From Octopus sinensis (lineage: Eukaryota), in the NCBI RefSeq assembly GCF_006345805.1, contig NC_043003.1, positions 102,796,001 through 102,860,000 of the forward strand: a stretch of 64,000 nt of DNA. The letters are read 5' to 3'. Below the pieces are notes generated by a model. It did not search any database. It had not been told where the DNA came from and saw only the letters and a list, made by a program, of their open reading frames with translations. Both the position numbers and the translations under genes were made by a program. The first letter of the stretch is position 1; the number at the start of each line of letters is the position of its first letter. Shown piece after piece: positions 1-12,901 of the stretch.

Positions 1-14
1 ACAACTAATTCTTG

Positions 15-446
15 CGATCTTTTCGGTTTGAACGGCAGTTTTTAACATAATTTCTAGGTAACTAAAAAATTTTAAACTTCGTATACTGGTAGAATGTGTT
101 TATAAAACATCTTTTTATCTTGGCTTTATTGAGAAAATTCTATAGTTTGTAAGATATTTGTTGTTTTTTTCTTCAATTTCTGCAATTTCAACCAATCACT
201 GACGTCTATTGAGGTAAAAAACATTCTGTGCCGTATGAATACGTCCCTTGTTTAAAAAACAGGTTGGGTTTATTTACATTTCTGAAGAAAAAAAGATACC
301 CTTCCCCCCACCCCTAACCCTAACCCTAACTAACCTTAACCCTAAAACGGATTGAAATGCAATAGATCGATACTAGGGTCATAATTGTGGGTAACAATTT
401 TATATGACACCGCTAGAAAAAACTGCCGTTCAAACCGAAAAGATCC
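15..446. mobile_element. MITE with ~29-bp TIRs and 8-bp TSD (hAT- or Merlin-like), containing degenerate (CCCTAA)n
   Basis: GATCTTTTCGGTTTGAACGGCAGTTTTT at 16-43 is the reverse complement of 418-445. AATTCTTG flanks both sides (7-14, 447-454). Telomere-like repeats at 311-345. Confidence 0.8.
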
Positions 447-1051
447 AATTCTTGTTTAAAATAACATAGCGGTTACTTCTTACATTCAATACTATAACAT
501 ACTTCAGCTAAACATGGCAGAGTGAGTTTAGTACTCAGAATAAATGCTAACCATAATATCAAATTTATTTGTGACATCTCATTCCAGCGATAACTACATT
601 TTCCGAATGGCAACTTCAATATCATCTGGTAAAAACAAAAAAAGAAAGAAAATTTCATCAGAAAACCACTCATTAAAAAGTCGGTTCGTGTTATAAATAA
701 CTTTAATATTAATATAGCAAAAGTAATTGTTTCTAGATTAATGTGGAGGCTCTTTATAACTCGTGTCCTAAGCGGAAGATCATGTGAACAAAAAGCATGC
801 AAACTTCATAACGTCGATCTCTTGCTAAAATTAACTTAGCAACAATGACACATCGGATCACGTTAGTAGGAAGATGAAACGGTAGATATATAACATGTAA
901 CATGGGGACTCTAACATTATGGATACGCCAGCTCTTGTTAGTAACAACATGGACATTGCTACTCACATTTGGCTCTTGTCACGAATAAACATAGAGATTA
1001 CACCTGTGATAACACAGCTAATGTTAGCAATAGCACGAAGCCTATATATAT

Positions 1052-1262
1052 ATATTTCTTTACTGCCCACAAGGGGCTAAACATAGAGGGGACAAACAAG
1101 GACAGACAAAGGGATTAAATCGATTGCATCAATCCCAGTGTGTAACTGGTACTTAATTTATCGACCCCGAAAAGATGAAAGGCAAAGTCGACTTCGGCGG
1201 AATTTGAACTCGGAACGTAACAACAGACGAAATACGGCTAGGCATTTCGCCCAGCGTGCTAC
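1052..1262 (-). mobile_element. tRNA-derived SINE, family S1
   Basis: Reverse complement of the core CTTTCATC(C/T)TTTCGGGGTCGATAAATTAAGTACCAG plus a B-box-like GAGTTCAAATT; more than 20 related copies in the window. Confidence 0.8.
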
Positions 1263-1519
1263 GAAGCCAATATATATATATCTGAGACATTCAGCAGATG
1301 TGAACAATAACGTAAAGAATATAGTAACAGTAACAGAACGGCTGTTATTAACAAACTATAACATCCACATGTAATTCACAATAACATGGGAAATATAAGC
1401 ACTCAGACCTATCAAACAACCAGCGTATCCCATAAACAGGCAATGGTCAGTTGTTTATGGTGGCCTGCCGTAAGCATCTCCTGAAATCATAGTGGATAGT
1501 ACTTACTTAAAACAATAAT

Positions 1520-2110
1520 ATCTTGAAGGTTGTAACAAGATCAGTATATGAACCAGCTACAAAAGAATAACATTGAGATTATTCTAAACAACTAACTCCT
1601 GCTCCTGACAAGCATAGGCATATAACAACAAACTCGAGAGTATAATAACACAATAGAAATAACAGCTACTGATTACAATAAGTGTAGATAAGAACCAGCT
1701 CCTGATTAAGCAAATGCGGAGATAACAATCTGATCTCGATTACAGTAATACAGTGAAGATAAGAGCAAGCTTCTGATTAGAGTAAGGCAGTAAAATCTCT
1801 AACAACCAGCTCCTGATTACGATAATGCAGTAGAGATAATCATCTCCAGATTACAATAAGGCAGTGGAGATAACAACCATCTCCTAATTACAATAATGCA
1901 GTAGAAGCTATAATAAGTAGGCTTCTGGTATCAATAATTCAGAAAAGATAACAACAAACACCTGGTTTCAATATTGCAGTATTGTATATTAGTACCTAAT
2001 ATCACGAATATAGTACACACTATAACAACTAATCCCCGATATCAATAATACAGTAGAGACAATAACTAAGACCTGACGATAACAATATAGTACAGTCTAT
2101 AACAATTAGC
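1520..2110. repeat. Degenerate ~37-bp minisatellite
   Basis: Recurring unit close to ATAACAACCAGCTCCTGATTACAATAATGCAGTAGAG, e.g. 1690-1910. Confidence 0.7.
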
Positions 2111-2232
2111 CTGTGATCGTATATACACCATCAAGCGTATGGATATCCATTTCGTAGTTATAAGGATATTGTGGAGACTAGCATTTATTTCGTATTCATG
2201 ATTATATTGTAGAGACTATAACTTGCAATGCA

Positions 2233-2270
<38 letters not shown>

Positions 2271-3291
2271 CATTTATATATATATATATATATATATACA
2301 TATATATATACATTGCAAGTGGTGGGTGTTATAGTCTCTACAATATAATCATGAATACGAAATATCTAAATGTATATATCTTTCGTTACCTTTCAAAAAA
2401 ACCCTTTTCTTTTTTTATTTACATTGTGCATTTTCGTTGATTTTTCTTATTTTGCCCTTACATTTCCACGTGTATTTTATATTTTCTTTTTGTAACATAT
2501 TTCTACTATATATATATATATATATATAGTTTTATATACGCTGTACGCTTAGTCGAATTGCTTTTACAGTATTGAAATTCGCTACAGGAGTGATTTACTT
2601 TTGCTATATTATTATTTGATCTCTGTTCAAAATAATAAAATATAAATAGATCATTCTTTTTTTTTTTTTTATCAAATTTGATTAATTTGGGGAAATAGAT
2701 TTTAAATGACACCATTACAAGATACCATATTTCGTGTCTCCATCACATTTCCTTGTCTTCTTGCAGAGATATTTGGCTGAGATGTCAGCTAAGCATCTTG
2801 TGACGAGTAGCATCTTAATGAATAATTAAAAGTTTGTCATTTGACAATGTTTGAACATAGTGAAATTCCCCGTTGACAATGATTTCAGTCTTGCGTTTGA
2901 TATATTGGATGGCTAAGACAGTTCTAACATCGTAGTATCATTCACATTATTTCATATACCTATTTAAAGATGAGTGTATATTTGGAAGGTTGAGGGATAT
3001 AGATCTATGCTAGAATGTTACCCGGCACATGACAAATAACATTAGAGGCATACATTTTCCATTATGGATAGTATCACAAAACATGGCACGCACACACAAT
3101 AATCATAATTTAACTTCTTATCAAATTTCTTGGCTTATACAAAATGATGAAATGGATAATTTTCAAAAGAAAAATCTTTATAACCTTCAAATAAAATAAA
3201 ATAAAATAAATTTCTCATTTTTATCCTTCCTCCCATAACTATTCTGTTTGTACTGCCTCTTCTCCTCTCGCTATCAAGCGCCTAATATGTA

Positions 3292-4290
3292 TTTGGTTGA
3301 CCTAATCGTTCGTTCAGCTTTATAAGCAAAATGGTACACACGTTTCAAACACAAAACGATTTATTCAATCTATGATATAATTACCGCCTCGTTCCTGTAT
3401 CTCCAGCTATTTTGTGGGCACATCCATTATTCTTTGCTCGAAGATTTTCCTGTCTTTATTGACGAAAAACTCTTCCTGGTGAATTTATACGTCGGCTTTA
3501 GAGTTGAAGGTCTGTCTCTTCAATGAATTTTGCAGAGACCAAAACAAGTGGAAATCTGAAGGTGCAAGGTCGGATTGAATATGGAGGGTGCGGTAAAACT
3601 TCCCAGCCAAGCCCCAGTAACTACTTCCACGTCTGCAAAGAAATGCGTGGTTTGGCATTGTTATAATGAAAAACAACACCCTTACTATTTAACAAGCTCT
3701 GTACGCTTCTCATGGATAAATGCATTTAATTTGTCCAGCTGGTAGCAGTACACATTTGAATTGCTGATTCTGTCCGCATGAAGAAGCTCGTTAAAGACAA
3801 CACCCTTCCCTTCTCACCAAACTGAAAGCATAACCTTCTTCGGGTGAAGTCCTGCTTTGGAGGTTGTCTGTAGTGGTTCGCTGCACTTTATAATATCTTC
3901 TATGATCGTTCGTACTTCACATTATTATTGACGATTTATTTTTCGTCACCTGTCATAATTCTGTTCAAAAAATGCTTCAAGTTTCTGCAACGAATTGCAG
4001 ATGGAAATCCATTGGGCGAGGTTATCCCCATTCGATTGATGTGGGGGTCACAAACATCGATCCCAATGACGTAACCAAGTTGGCACAGATGATTTTCAAT
4101 ATTCGATCTGCATATTTGGAGAATATCTGCAATCATCCGGGTGTCGACTGACTCCTTCATTTTGTCGTTATCAATCTCAAGAGGCCGGCCAGAGTGAATA
4201 CCAAAAGATTTGCCGATCGAAATCGTGTAAACCACTTCTGGAACTCACATTCTGCAACAGCACCCGCTCCGCACACGATATCTTCCTGCA
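3292..4290 (-). mobile_element. Decayed mariner (DD34D) transposon, 5' truncated
   Basis: Translated motifs QKWFTRFR, SGRPLEIDND, RIMTGDEK, DLAPSDFHLFWSLQNSL and C-terminal GGNYIID*; several frameshifts. Confidence 0.85.
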
Positions 4291-4567
4291 TCTCGGAGGT
4301 TAATTTTCTCTGTGCCTCTCTTTTACTCCCTACTCTTTCTCTCTTTATATGATATAAAGCGTGACTTGAGAAGAAAGCAACTACCGTAAATCCTCGAGTA
4401 TAGTCCGCCCTTCAGTATAATACGCAGGGGATTTTTAGGGGCTGTACCTCTGAAAAAACTAAACCTTGTGTATAATACGCACCCCTTCTCTAACTTGAGT
4501 CAAGGAGGACTATATAACGTCCTTGGTGTGTAAAAATGTATACGGTAACATCTTTTATTAATATTGT

Positions 4568-4740
4568 ATATCTATATATATAAAAATGATAATGTGTGTG
4601 TGTCTGTCTGTGTGTTTCCCTAAAACTTGAGAACTAGACAACCAATTTCATTCAAATTTTACACATGCCTTACTTAGGATCCATGTAGTGTCATGGGAAA
4701 AAAATGTTTAACTTCTTGCCTAGGGCGAGCCCACAGCAAT
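4568..4740 (+). mobile_element. Helitron/HINE-like 5' fragment
   Basis: Starts TCTATATATATAAAA followed by a (GTCT/GT) microsatellite, like the element at ~61265. Confidence 0.4.
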
Positions 4741-4816
4741 ATCATATCATCACTATTTCAGTATTATGTGTAAAAAGTGAAACAAAAACATCTTTCTATT
4801 GTATGTATATGGATTT

Positions 4817-4880
<64 letters not shown>

Positions 4881-5132
4881 ATTATATATATATATAATAT
4901 ATATATATAATTATATATATACATGTATATATATATAGGTGTATATGTATACATGTATACGTATAGCTGTATATGTATAGATGTATTTCTATAGATATAC
5001 ATGTATGTGTATACATGTATGTCTAGATGTATATATATATAGATGTACATGTAATATGTACACATATATATATACACATATATACATGCATACATATATA
5101 CACCCATACACATATACACACACACATATATA

Positions 5133-5410
5133 GGTGCAGGTGTGGTTGTGTGGTAACAAACTTGGTTCCAAAACACATGGTCCTCAGTTCAGTCCCACTG
5201 TGTAGTAACTTGGCTTGTGTCTTCTGCTATAGCCTCAGAACAACCAAAACCTTGTCAGTGGATTTTGTAGGCAGAAACTGAAAGAAATTCATTGTATATA
5301 TATATGTATGTATATATGTAAGTCTATGTGTGTTTCTTTGTGTTTCTCCCTCATCACTGCTTCACAACTGGTATTTGTTTATTTACATCCCCATAACTTA
5401 CTGGATTCAC
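5133..5410 (+). mobile_element. CORE-like tRNA SINE, family S2 (octopus OR-type)
   Basis: Head GCAGGTGTGGTTGTGTGGTAA...GTTCAGTCCCACTG, CORE-like block, then GGATTTTGTAGGCAGAAACTGAAAGAA. Confidence 0.7.
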
Positions 5411-5745
5411 AAGAATACAACGGAGAGCTTGCTAGGGCACTAGGTCTGTTGGAAGATCGTTCTTACGATACAAGGATATTTGCAAAAGGGACATGAATGC
5501 CTGCAACATCAATATTACCAACTGGGAAGCAGTTGCCAGCAACCGTGGAGATTGGCGAGGTACCGTAAAAGAGGGAACACAAAGGAGTGACATAGAGAGA
5601 GAGAGGAGAAATGGAACGACAAGAAAAGACGTCAACAAGAAACTATGACATTACAACCAGCCAGGCAAAGTCTTCGCTACATTTGCGGCACCTGCCAGAA
5701 GGAGTGTTTGTCCAGGATAGGACTACACAGCCACAGCAGGAGATG
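5410..5745 (+). mobile_element. RTE-clade LINE 3' end fragment
   Basis: Frameshifted YNGELAR...RYKDICKRDM...WEAVASNRGDWR and C-terminal zinc finger YICGTCQKECLSRIGLHSHSRRC. Confidence 0.8.
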
Positions 5746-6121
5746 TATATATATATATATATATGCATGTGTGTATACATATATAAATATACATATGAAA
5801 TGTAAAAGCCTGACTAGATTATTTTATGCGCAACTCCATTGGCTCCCGAGACAAAAAGGTTGCCAACAACAATATATATGGATTTCGTAGACAGGAACTG
5901 AAACAAATTAATCATATATATATGTATGTATATATGTAAGTCTATGTGTGTGTCTTTGTGTTTCTCCTTCATCACTGCTTCACTGCTGTTCATTTATTTA
6001 CATCCACATAACTTACTGGTTTCACAAGAACAAACTAATAAACAAACTAAAAAAAGCACTAGGCTGTGTCTCAGTTGTATCTATCAATTTATCTTTGTAT
6101 GTGTGTGTGTATATATATCTA

Positions 6122-6252
<131 letters not shown>

Positions 6253-7289
6253 CACTCTATTAACTCCCAAATTTTAGTCATTTCTTTTATGATCCAAAAC
6301 TAGGACTAAAGTACTGAATGGATCTTTATGAAATTTGGAAATTATATTCTATGCATAAGGGCCATATCCCCCATGACAATTCATATATTTTTGCTGTTGA
6401 TGAAATTTTAACCATAGATATTAGACACAAAGGAAGTACTTTTTATAAAATTTCATCTTCTTACAAGTTAGAAAGACCCCGCCATGGGGACTTAACACCC
6501 ACAGTTTTGTCATTTTATCTAAGCAAAAACGAATACAGTTGTGCTCTTGGAAGCTGTAGGGTTACCCGAGCATAAAAGTTGAGCATTATTTCTAATTCAA
6601 TGGTACAACAGTGTAACGGTTTGCTATGATATACACTTACATTGTGATTTCTGCAATGTGGTGCATAAATTGTCAAGTGAATGTGGGGCATCTTTGCCTC
6701 CACTGATTCAGTTGCAAAGTGTTAAGTAAAGTTATTTGATTGCAGACCTCCTTTCAGTCTTTTTATTATCACTCGGTCACACATAGTCCACAGATGGTAA
6801 CATTGATTTTAAGGCCTTCACAGATGAGTGACTGGTTATTCAAAGACATTTATAGATTGTAAATTTATTCTGTCCAGTTACGTATCAGTATAGTGGTCAT
6901 TTGCAAACTCCAGAGGTGACACTTTCATTTCTCCTTACCCCTCACGTCACACAGTTGTTAATGTTTATTTCAGTTGGGTCACACCCTTCCAATTCCTATA
7001 GATTCGTAATGCATCTTACGGCTGTGCCTGTCACCTGGATGGTGAGGAATCCTACATTGGGAGTGGTAATGACTAGGGTAGGGTAACTGACTGCTGACTG
7101 CTTATCAAATAACATTGCCGGACAGCAAATAAAGATTCAAACATTGCTTAGAAAATAATTTTCATTTTGAACCTCGTGTATAATACGCACTAGGGATTTT
7201 GACCTTTAAATTTTGGGAAAAAATGCAGATTATATTCGAGGATTTACTGTAACCAAAATTGACATCGGCTATTATCAAATAGATACGCA

Positions 7290-8062
7290 AGGCGGCGAGA
7301 AGGCAGAATCGTCAGTACGCCGGGCAAAATGCTTAGCGGTATTTCGTCTGTCTTTACGTTCTCAGTTCAAATGTTGTCAAGGTCGACTTCGCTTTTTATC
7401 TTTTAGGGGTGGGGGTGAAAAATTAAGTACCAGCTGTGCACTGGGGTCGATGTAATCGACTGACACCCGTCCACCGGAATTTCATTATATAGATACGCGT
7501 GCGTGTCTGTACGTTGGATCATTTCAAGTGCTACTGGTGTTTAGATAAATTATTCGTCTATTTTTTAAATTTAATATTTTGATTTAAACACACATTCCTG
7601 TTTCTTAATCTAAAGTTGTTGGAAATGGATATATTAATTAAATTTTAGCCTGGATAACTTTTGTACAAATTAATAAATGCTTTGTTTACCAATTATCTCA
7701 GAACATCCATGATATTAGTCCCTGAGGCGACAGAATCAAGTCGAAACATCATACCTGGCGATCAATCAACGTCCTGAGCGAAGCTAATGCTGTTTTAACA
7801 CACAAATCTCTTTGAGATACTCCTCTGAGACAATAAATATACTACAGCTAGTGCTGATCCACGCTTGTGTACACATTATGAAATGTTATTTGTAATCTAA
7901 GACTGTTTTCAAATGTTGATATTAATTTTATTCCACTGAGGTCGACTTTGTCGCTCATCCTTTCGGGGTTGATAAGTATCAATTGAGCACTGGGGTCAAT
8001 GCAATCGACTGGCCCCTTCTCCTACAAAATCTGAGGCCTTGTGCCTATAATAGAAAGGTTTG

Positions 8063-8131
<69 letters not shown>

Positions 8132-8290
8132 ATTATTATTATTCTAAGGCAGCGAGCGGTAAAACTGCACCGCGGCACATCGTCCGATTATACGTTCTGA
8201 GTTCAAATTCCGTCGAGGTTTACTTTACCTTTCATCCTTTCGGGGTCGATAAAATAAGTATCATTTGAACACTGGAGTCGATGTAGATAG
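7290..8290 (+). mobile_element. Three S1 SINE copies (7290-7470, 7930-8060, 8147-8290) with intervening sequence
   Basis: Shared head, B-box and CTTTCATCCTTTCGGGGT core. Confidence 0.7.
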
Positions 8291-8431
8291 GAAAAAATAT
8301 CATTTTTTCCTATCTTGTCTGTAATAGATTTGTGACTATTCGGTGGTATAGAGGAAATTTTTGACTTCTATCATGAGCGATATAGGTACTCATGTGGTAG
8401 CCTTGTGTATATATGTACATATCTAATATTG

Positions 8432-8479
<48 letters not shown>

Positions 8480-8575
8480 ATGCGTGTTTATCTATATGTG
8501 GAATACTGTGTGATATGCATGTGTGCAGTTGTGTATATGTTTATATTCATGTAAACGTGTTCAGAATTGTGAATG

Positions 8576-8802
8576 CAGTAATCCCTCGACTATCGCGGGT
8601 TTTACGTTCCAAAACCCTCTGCAATAAGTGAAAGTCCGCGAAGTAGAAACAGTACTGTACTATATATTTTATGTAATATTTTTACAATTTGTATATATTT
8701 ATTTTCTTTTTTCAAAAGTGCAAAATATCAACACGGAGGAATCGACGTAAGCTTAAATAATAAGTCGCGATATGTGAACCGCGATATCGAGAGGGATTAT
8801 TC
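8576..8802. mobile_element. Tigger/pogo-like MITE
   Basis: TIR CAGTAATCCCTCGACTATCGCGG at 8576, with a near-complement CCGCGATATCGAGAGGGATTATTC ending at 8802 and followed by TA. Confidence 0.7.
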
Positions 8803-8824
8803 TATACAGAAAAGTATGTAAATG

Positions 8825-9131
8825 AGCGTCTGCGCGCGAGCGCGTGTGTGCGCGCACGCGTTTGTGTGCGCGTAAGTGTGTGTGTGTGTGTGTGTGTGCG
8901 CGCGTATATGTGTGTGCCTGCGTGTGTGTGTGTGCGCGTATATGTGTGTGAGTGCGTGTGCGCGTATATGTGTGTGAGTGTGTGTGTGTGTGTGTGTGCG
9001 TGTATTTTGATGCGTGTGCGTGTGTGTAAGTTAGTGAATATCTGACACATCTAATGTGTGCATTTATGCATGAATAGATAATGCCATTACACATATGTTC
9101 CTGTGAATGCCTGCAAGTATACAGATGTATA

Positions 9132-9165
<34 letters not shown>

Positions 9166-9225
9166 CATATATATGTGTATACATATATATGTGTATACAT
9201 ACGTATATGCATATACATATATATG

Positions 9226-9283
<58 letters not shown>

Positions 9284-9460
9284 CATATATATGTGTATAC
9301 ATATGTATATGCATATACATATATATATATATGTGTGTGTACGTGTGTGTGTGTGTGTTTGTGTGTGTGTGCGTGTGTGTAAGTATGTGTATGAATATGA
9401 GCGTGTGTAAGTATGAGCAGGTCTGCATATATGGGGATACATATATATATGGCTGCGTCT
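8825..9460. repeat. Compound (GT/GC/TA) microsatellite
   Basis: Direct reading; source of many spurious ORFs. Confidence 0.95.
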
Positions 9461-9596
9461 ATGTGTCTATGCGCATGCTCATGAAGAAGTGTCTGGGTCC
9501 AGTTAGAAGGTAAGGAATCATTTCTATTTTAGGCAATCTGCCACTCTCACCCTCCAGTATATACCCTTGGGTGAATCTTTACTTTATTGGAAACAC

Positions 9597-9757
9597 GACT
9601 GGATAAAGGCAATTTCCGGGTATATGTGGAGCAGTGTATATGTGTGTGTGCATATACGTCGGACTTGTTTTAGTTACCGTCTACCAAATCTACTCAGAAA
9701 GCTCTGGTCGGTGCGTGGCCACAATAGAAGAAACTTGCCAAAGGTGCCACGCAGTAG

Positions 9758-9803
<46 letters not shown>

Positions 9804-9978
9804 CTACTGCGTGGCACCTTTGGCAAGTTTCTTCTATTGTGGCCACGCACCGACCAGAGCTTTCTGAGTAGATTTGGTAGACGGTAACTAAAACAAGTCC
9901 GACGTATATGCACACACACATATACACGTGCATACATACACTGCTCCACATATACCCGGAAATTGCCTTTATCCAGTC
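9597..9978. repeat. Fold-back inverted duplication of an S2 SINE fragment centred on (TA)20
   Basis: 9597-9760 is the reverse complement of 9801-9978 apart from a ~14-nt indel. Confidence 0.9.
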
Positions 9979-9987
9979 CATGCTTAA

Positions 9988-10053
<66 letters not shown>

Positions 10054-10112
10054 TATATATAATATTATTAGAGACAAAACCACTATTTTGCAAAACAAAC
10101 AAGGAAAGACTT

Positions 10113-10831
10113 AATACACATATCTCATAAGCTTCTTAATACGTACACTGTTAAGGTGAGCTATTATTACAAACCCATGTTTTTAACCTGTGTATACCAA
10201 CTGCCAACTATTTTTCTTTATGGGTATTTAATTATATGTATAAATGTATAAATGTATTTAAAATATACGGAAATGTATTAACAGCTGATTAGATTATCTG
10301 ATATAGAACTCAATATGAATTAGAGTGGAATTTACTTAATGATAAAAAGTTACATATGTATGCATATATGTATGTATGTGTGTATGTATGTATGTATGTA
10401 TGTTGTATGTATGTATGTATGTATGTATGTGTAACAACATTTTCGATCACTTCAATTATGGTTGAAGGATATTTGTCCTGTAAAAATTGTCATTTTCACT
10501 GCAGTTTGCTATGGAGAATAATTTCCGCTTTTGGTAAATGGTGTTAAAAATCCAATTTCATATTGGAGCGCCTCCTGTGGACTAATAAATACATACAGTC
10601 AGTAGTTTATGTAAGATGAGGGAAATAATGCTTATAGATATATCAATGAAGGTTTATAGAAAACATAAACATCGAATGACATGAAGAGTTCAAAAGTAAT
10701 TCAAAAGTAGTTAAAATCTTGTGTAAAGAAAAATAGTTGGCAGTTGGTATACACAGGTTAAAAACATGGGTTTGTAATAATAGCTCACCTTAACAGTGTA
10801 CGTATTAAGAAGCTTATGAGATATGTGTATT
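10113..10831. repeat. 108-bp inverted repeat with ~500-bp spacer
   Basis: 10113-10220 is the reverse complement of 10724-10831; no mismatch seen. Confidence 0.85.
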
Positions 10832-11460
10832 GCATGGAAATGCTAGAGGGGAACTCGTAGATAAGAATATCTAGATTAAGGAAAGGGTTGAACCAGATTA
10901 TTTTTCTTTCTTAACTTTCTTCACGGGTTGAGATGAACTCCTCCATACACACTAATTTATTTTATTAAATCCAATACTTGTTAACACTTCATTACAATGG
11001 CGTTCGGTTCTATCGAAAATATTTCTTTCTGATGGGAAATTAGATAAACTTATTCTGATGCCGGCTACTAAATTTCTAATTATATCTAGAAGAATGTCTA
11101 TGAAAATATATGGTCTCTTAGACTTTCTCTTAGATAGCTGCCTCATTTCAAGTAACATTATTCTAACTCGAACTGTTGATACAACTAAACATAAACTATG
11201 AATGTCTGTGTGTCTGCCTGTCTGTTTATTTATCTGTCTGTCTGCTTGTCTGTCTGTTTTTTCTGTTTGTGAGCACGTATGCATGGGCAATAAAACACAT
11301 ATAGAATGAAAGAGTACATTATGATATACCTTGATCCAGTATAATTAAAAAAGATACTCAATGAAAAATATAAATATTTTGAGTTTGCAACTTAAGTCTC
11401 TCGTAAGACAAATCATTGAAAAACATCCAGCACGCTGTATTAAATAAAATATGAATATAT

Positions 11461-11694
11461 ATTTCTTTATTGCCCACAAGGGGCTAAACACAGAGAGGAC
11501 AAACAAGGGCAGACAAAGGGATTAATTCGATTACATCGACCTCAGTGCGTAACTGGTACTTAATTTATCGACCCCGAAAAGGCTGAAAGGCAAAGTCGAC
11601 CTCGGCGGAATTTGAACTCAGAACGTAATGGCAGACAAAATACCACTAAGCATTTCGCCCGGCGTGCTAACGTTTCTGCCAGCTCGCCGCCTTG
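11461..11694 (-). mobile_element. Near full-length S1 SINE
   Basis: Reverse-complement head AAGGCGGCGAGCTGGCAGAAACG, B-box and core. Confidence 0.85.
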
Positions 11695-12901
11695 AATAAA
11701 GTATGAATATAGCGCCTCGGCAACAATGAATTGTTTCGAGGCATTTATCTCACCAAGCTGATGGATTAGATGGATCTCGTTTTTAACAAAGATGGTGTTT
11801 GTTAGGTCCAGAATCCACTGAACAAGGAAAACGTTCCGAAAACCAATGATTTTGTATCCAACGGACTACAAATCCTCTATTGAGGCTCATGATTCATCTT
11901 GCAAAGACTTCAACATAGCAAAGACCCTGGGGACAGGGCGAGAATTACCTACACATGCCCGCGCACGGGCACACACACACATACATACTCACACATACTC
12001 TCTGACACACACTCATGCACCCTCACTTACACACGCGCTAACATATCTAGAATATGATATCTTATATGCAATAATGTGTGCGATAAAAGCAGACCAAGAA
12101 AGAGGCACTTTGACATTTCCACTTAACGTGGAATCCTCAAACTCTGCTTCAACTTGTTCTATTATGCTAATTATATTTTAATGATCATCACATTTTTATG
12201 CTAAGAAACTTTGATTCAGGACCTTGAAAATAAATGTTTTAATTTAATTTTTTTTTTTTTTGAAATTTTTTTAAAAATCAGCAACTTGTAAATTTTAGAG
12301 GATTTTACAGCTGCAAAGCAATTTTGTTGTATATAAATATATTTCGTCTGCTTTTGAAGCGTTTTAATCTATTTTCTTTACATTTTAAAGCGTTTTCTTA
12401 TTTCACTTTCTACGAATGTAAATTGCCGTTGTTTCACTTTCGATTTATTTAAACATTAAAATGTAATTACAGATGTAAACGAAATGCATTTATACACTTC
12501 AGAAAAGTACTGCACTTGTACATCTTCTGACCCTAATTAATTTATGAGTTCGGAAAAATATTGTTTGAAGATTCTGAATCCCTTATGTTAAAAAAAACTC
12601 TTTTTTTTTTTTAAGAAAAAAAGAATAATAAATTTTTTCCCAGGAAGAGGTTAAAAATTCACGCTCAAATAAATATGCCCCAAACCATTTCATGTTCTAA
12701 CGTTGTTACTTAATCCTTCAGCATTTAATCAGCCATATCCGGCATAAAATCTTACATATTTTATGTTCAAGCCGGCTAGATCTGGTCTCTCACACCTTCC
12801 CGACGATGTTATTCTAAAATCACATCATCGTGATCTCAAAACTACAAGATAATGCATGAGTAATACAAAACAATGTGAATTATTAAGCATTACATTTGAT
12901 G

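Noticed and set aside
311-345. Telomere or chromosome end
   Set aside because: Only about five degenerate units, enclosed within a MITE.
473-1030. GPCR-like pseudogene (LARDRRYEVC, LPCLAEVCYS on the minus strand)
   Set aside because: DRY-like and TM5 P..Y spacings are off, and frameshifts are needed to join the motifs; not supportable without an HMM search.
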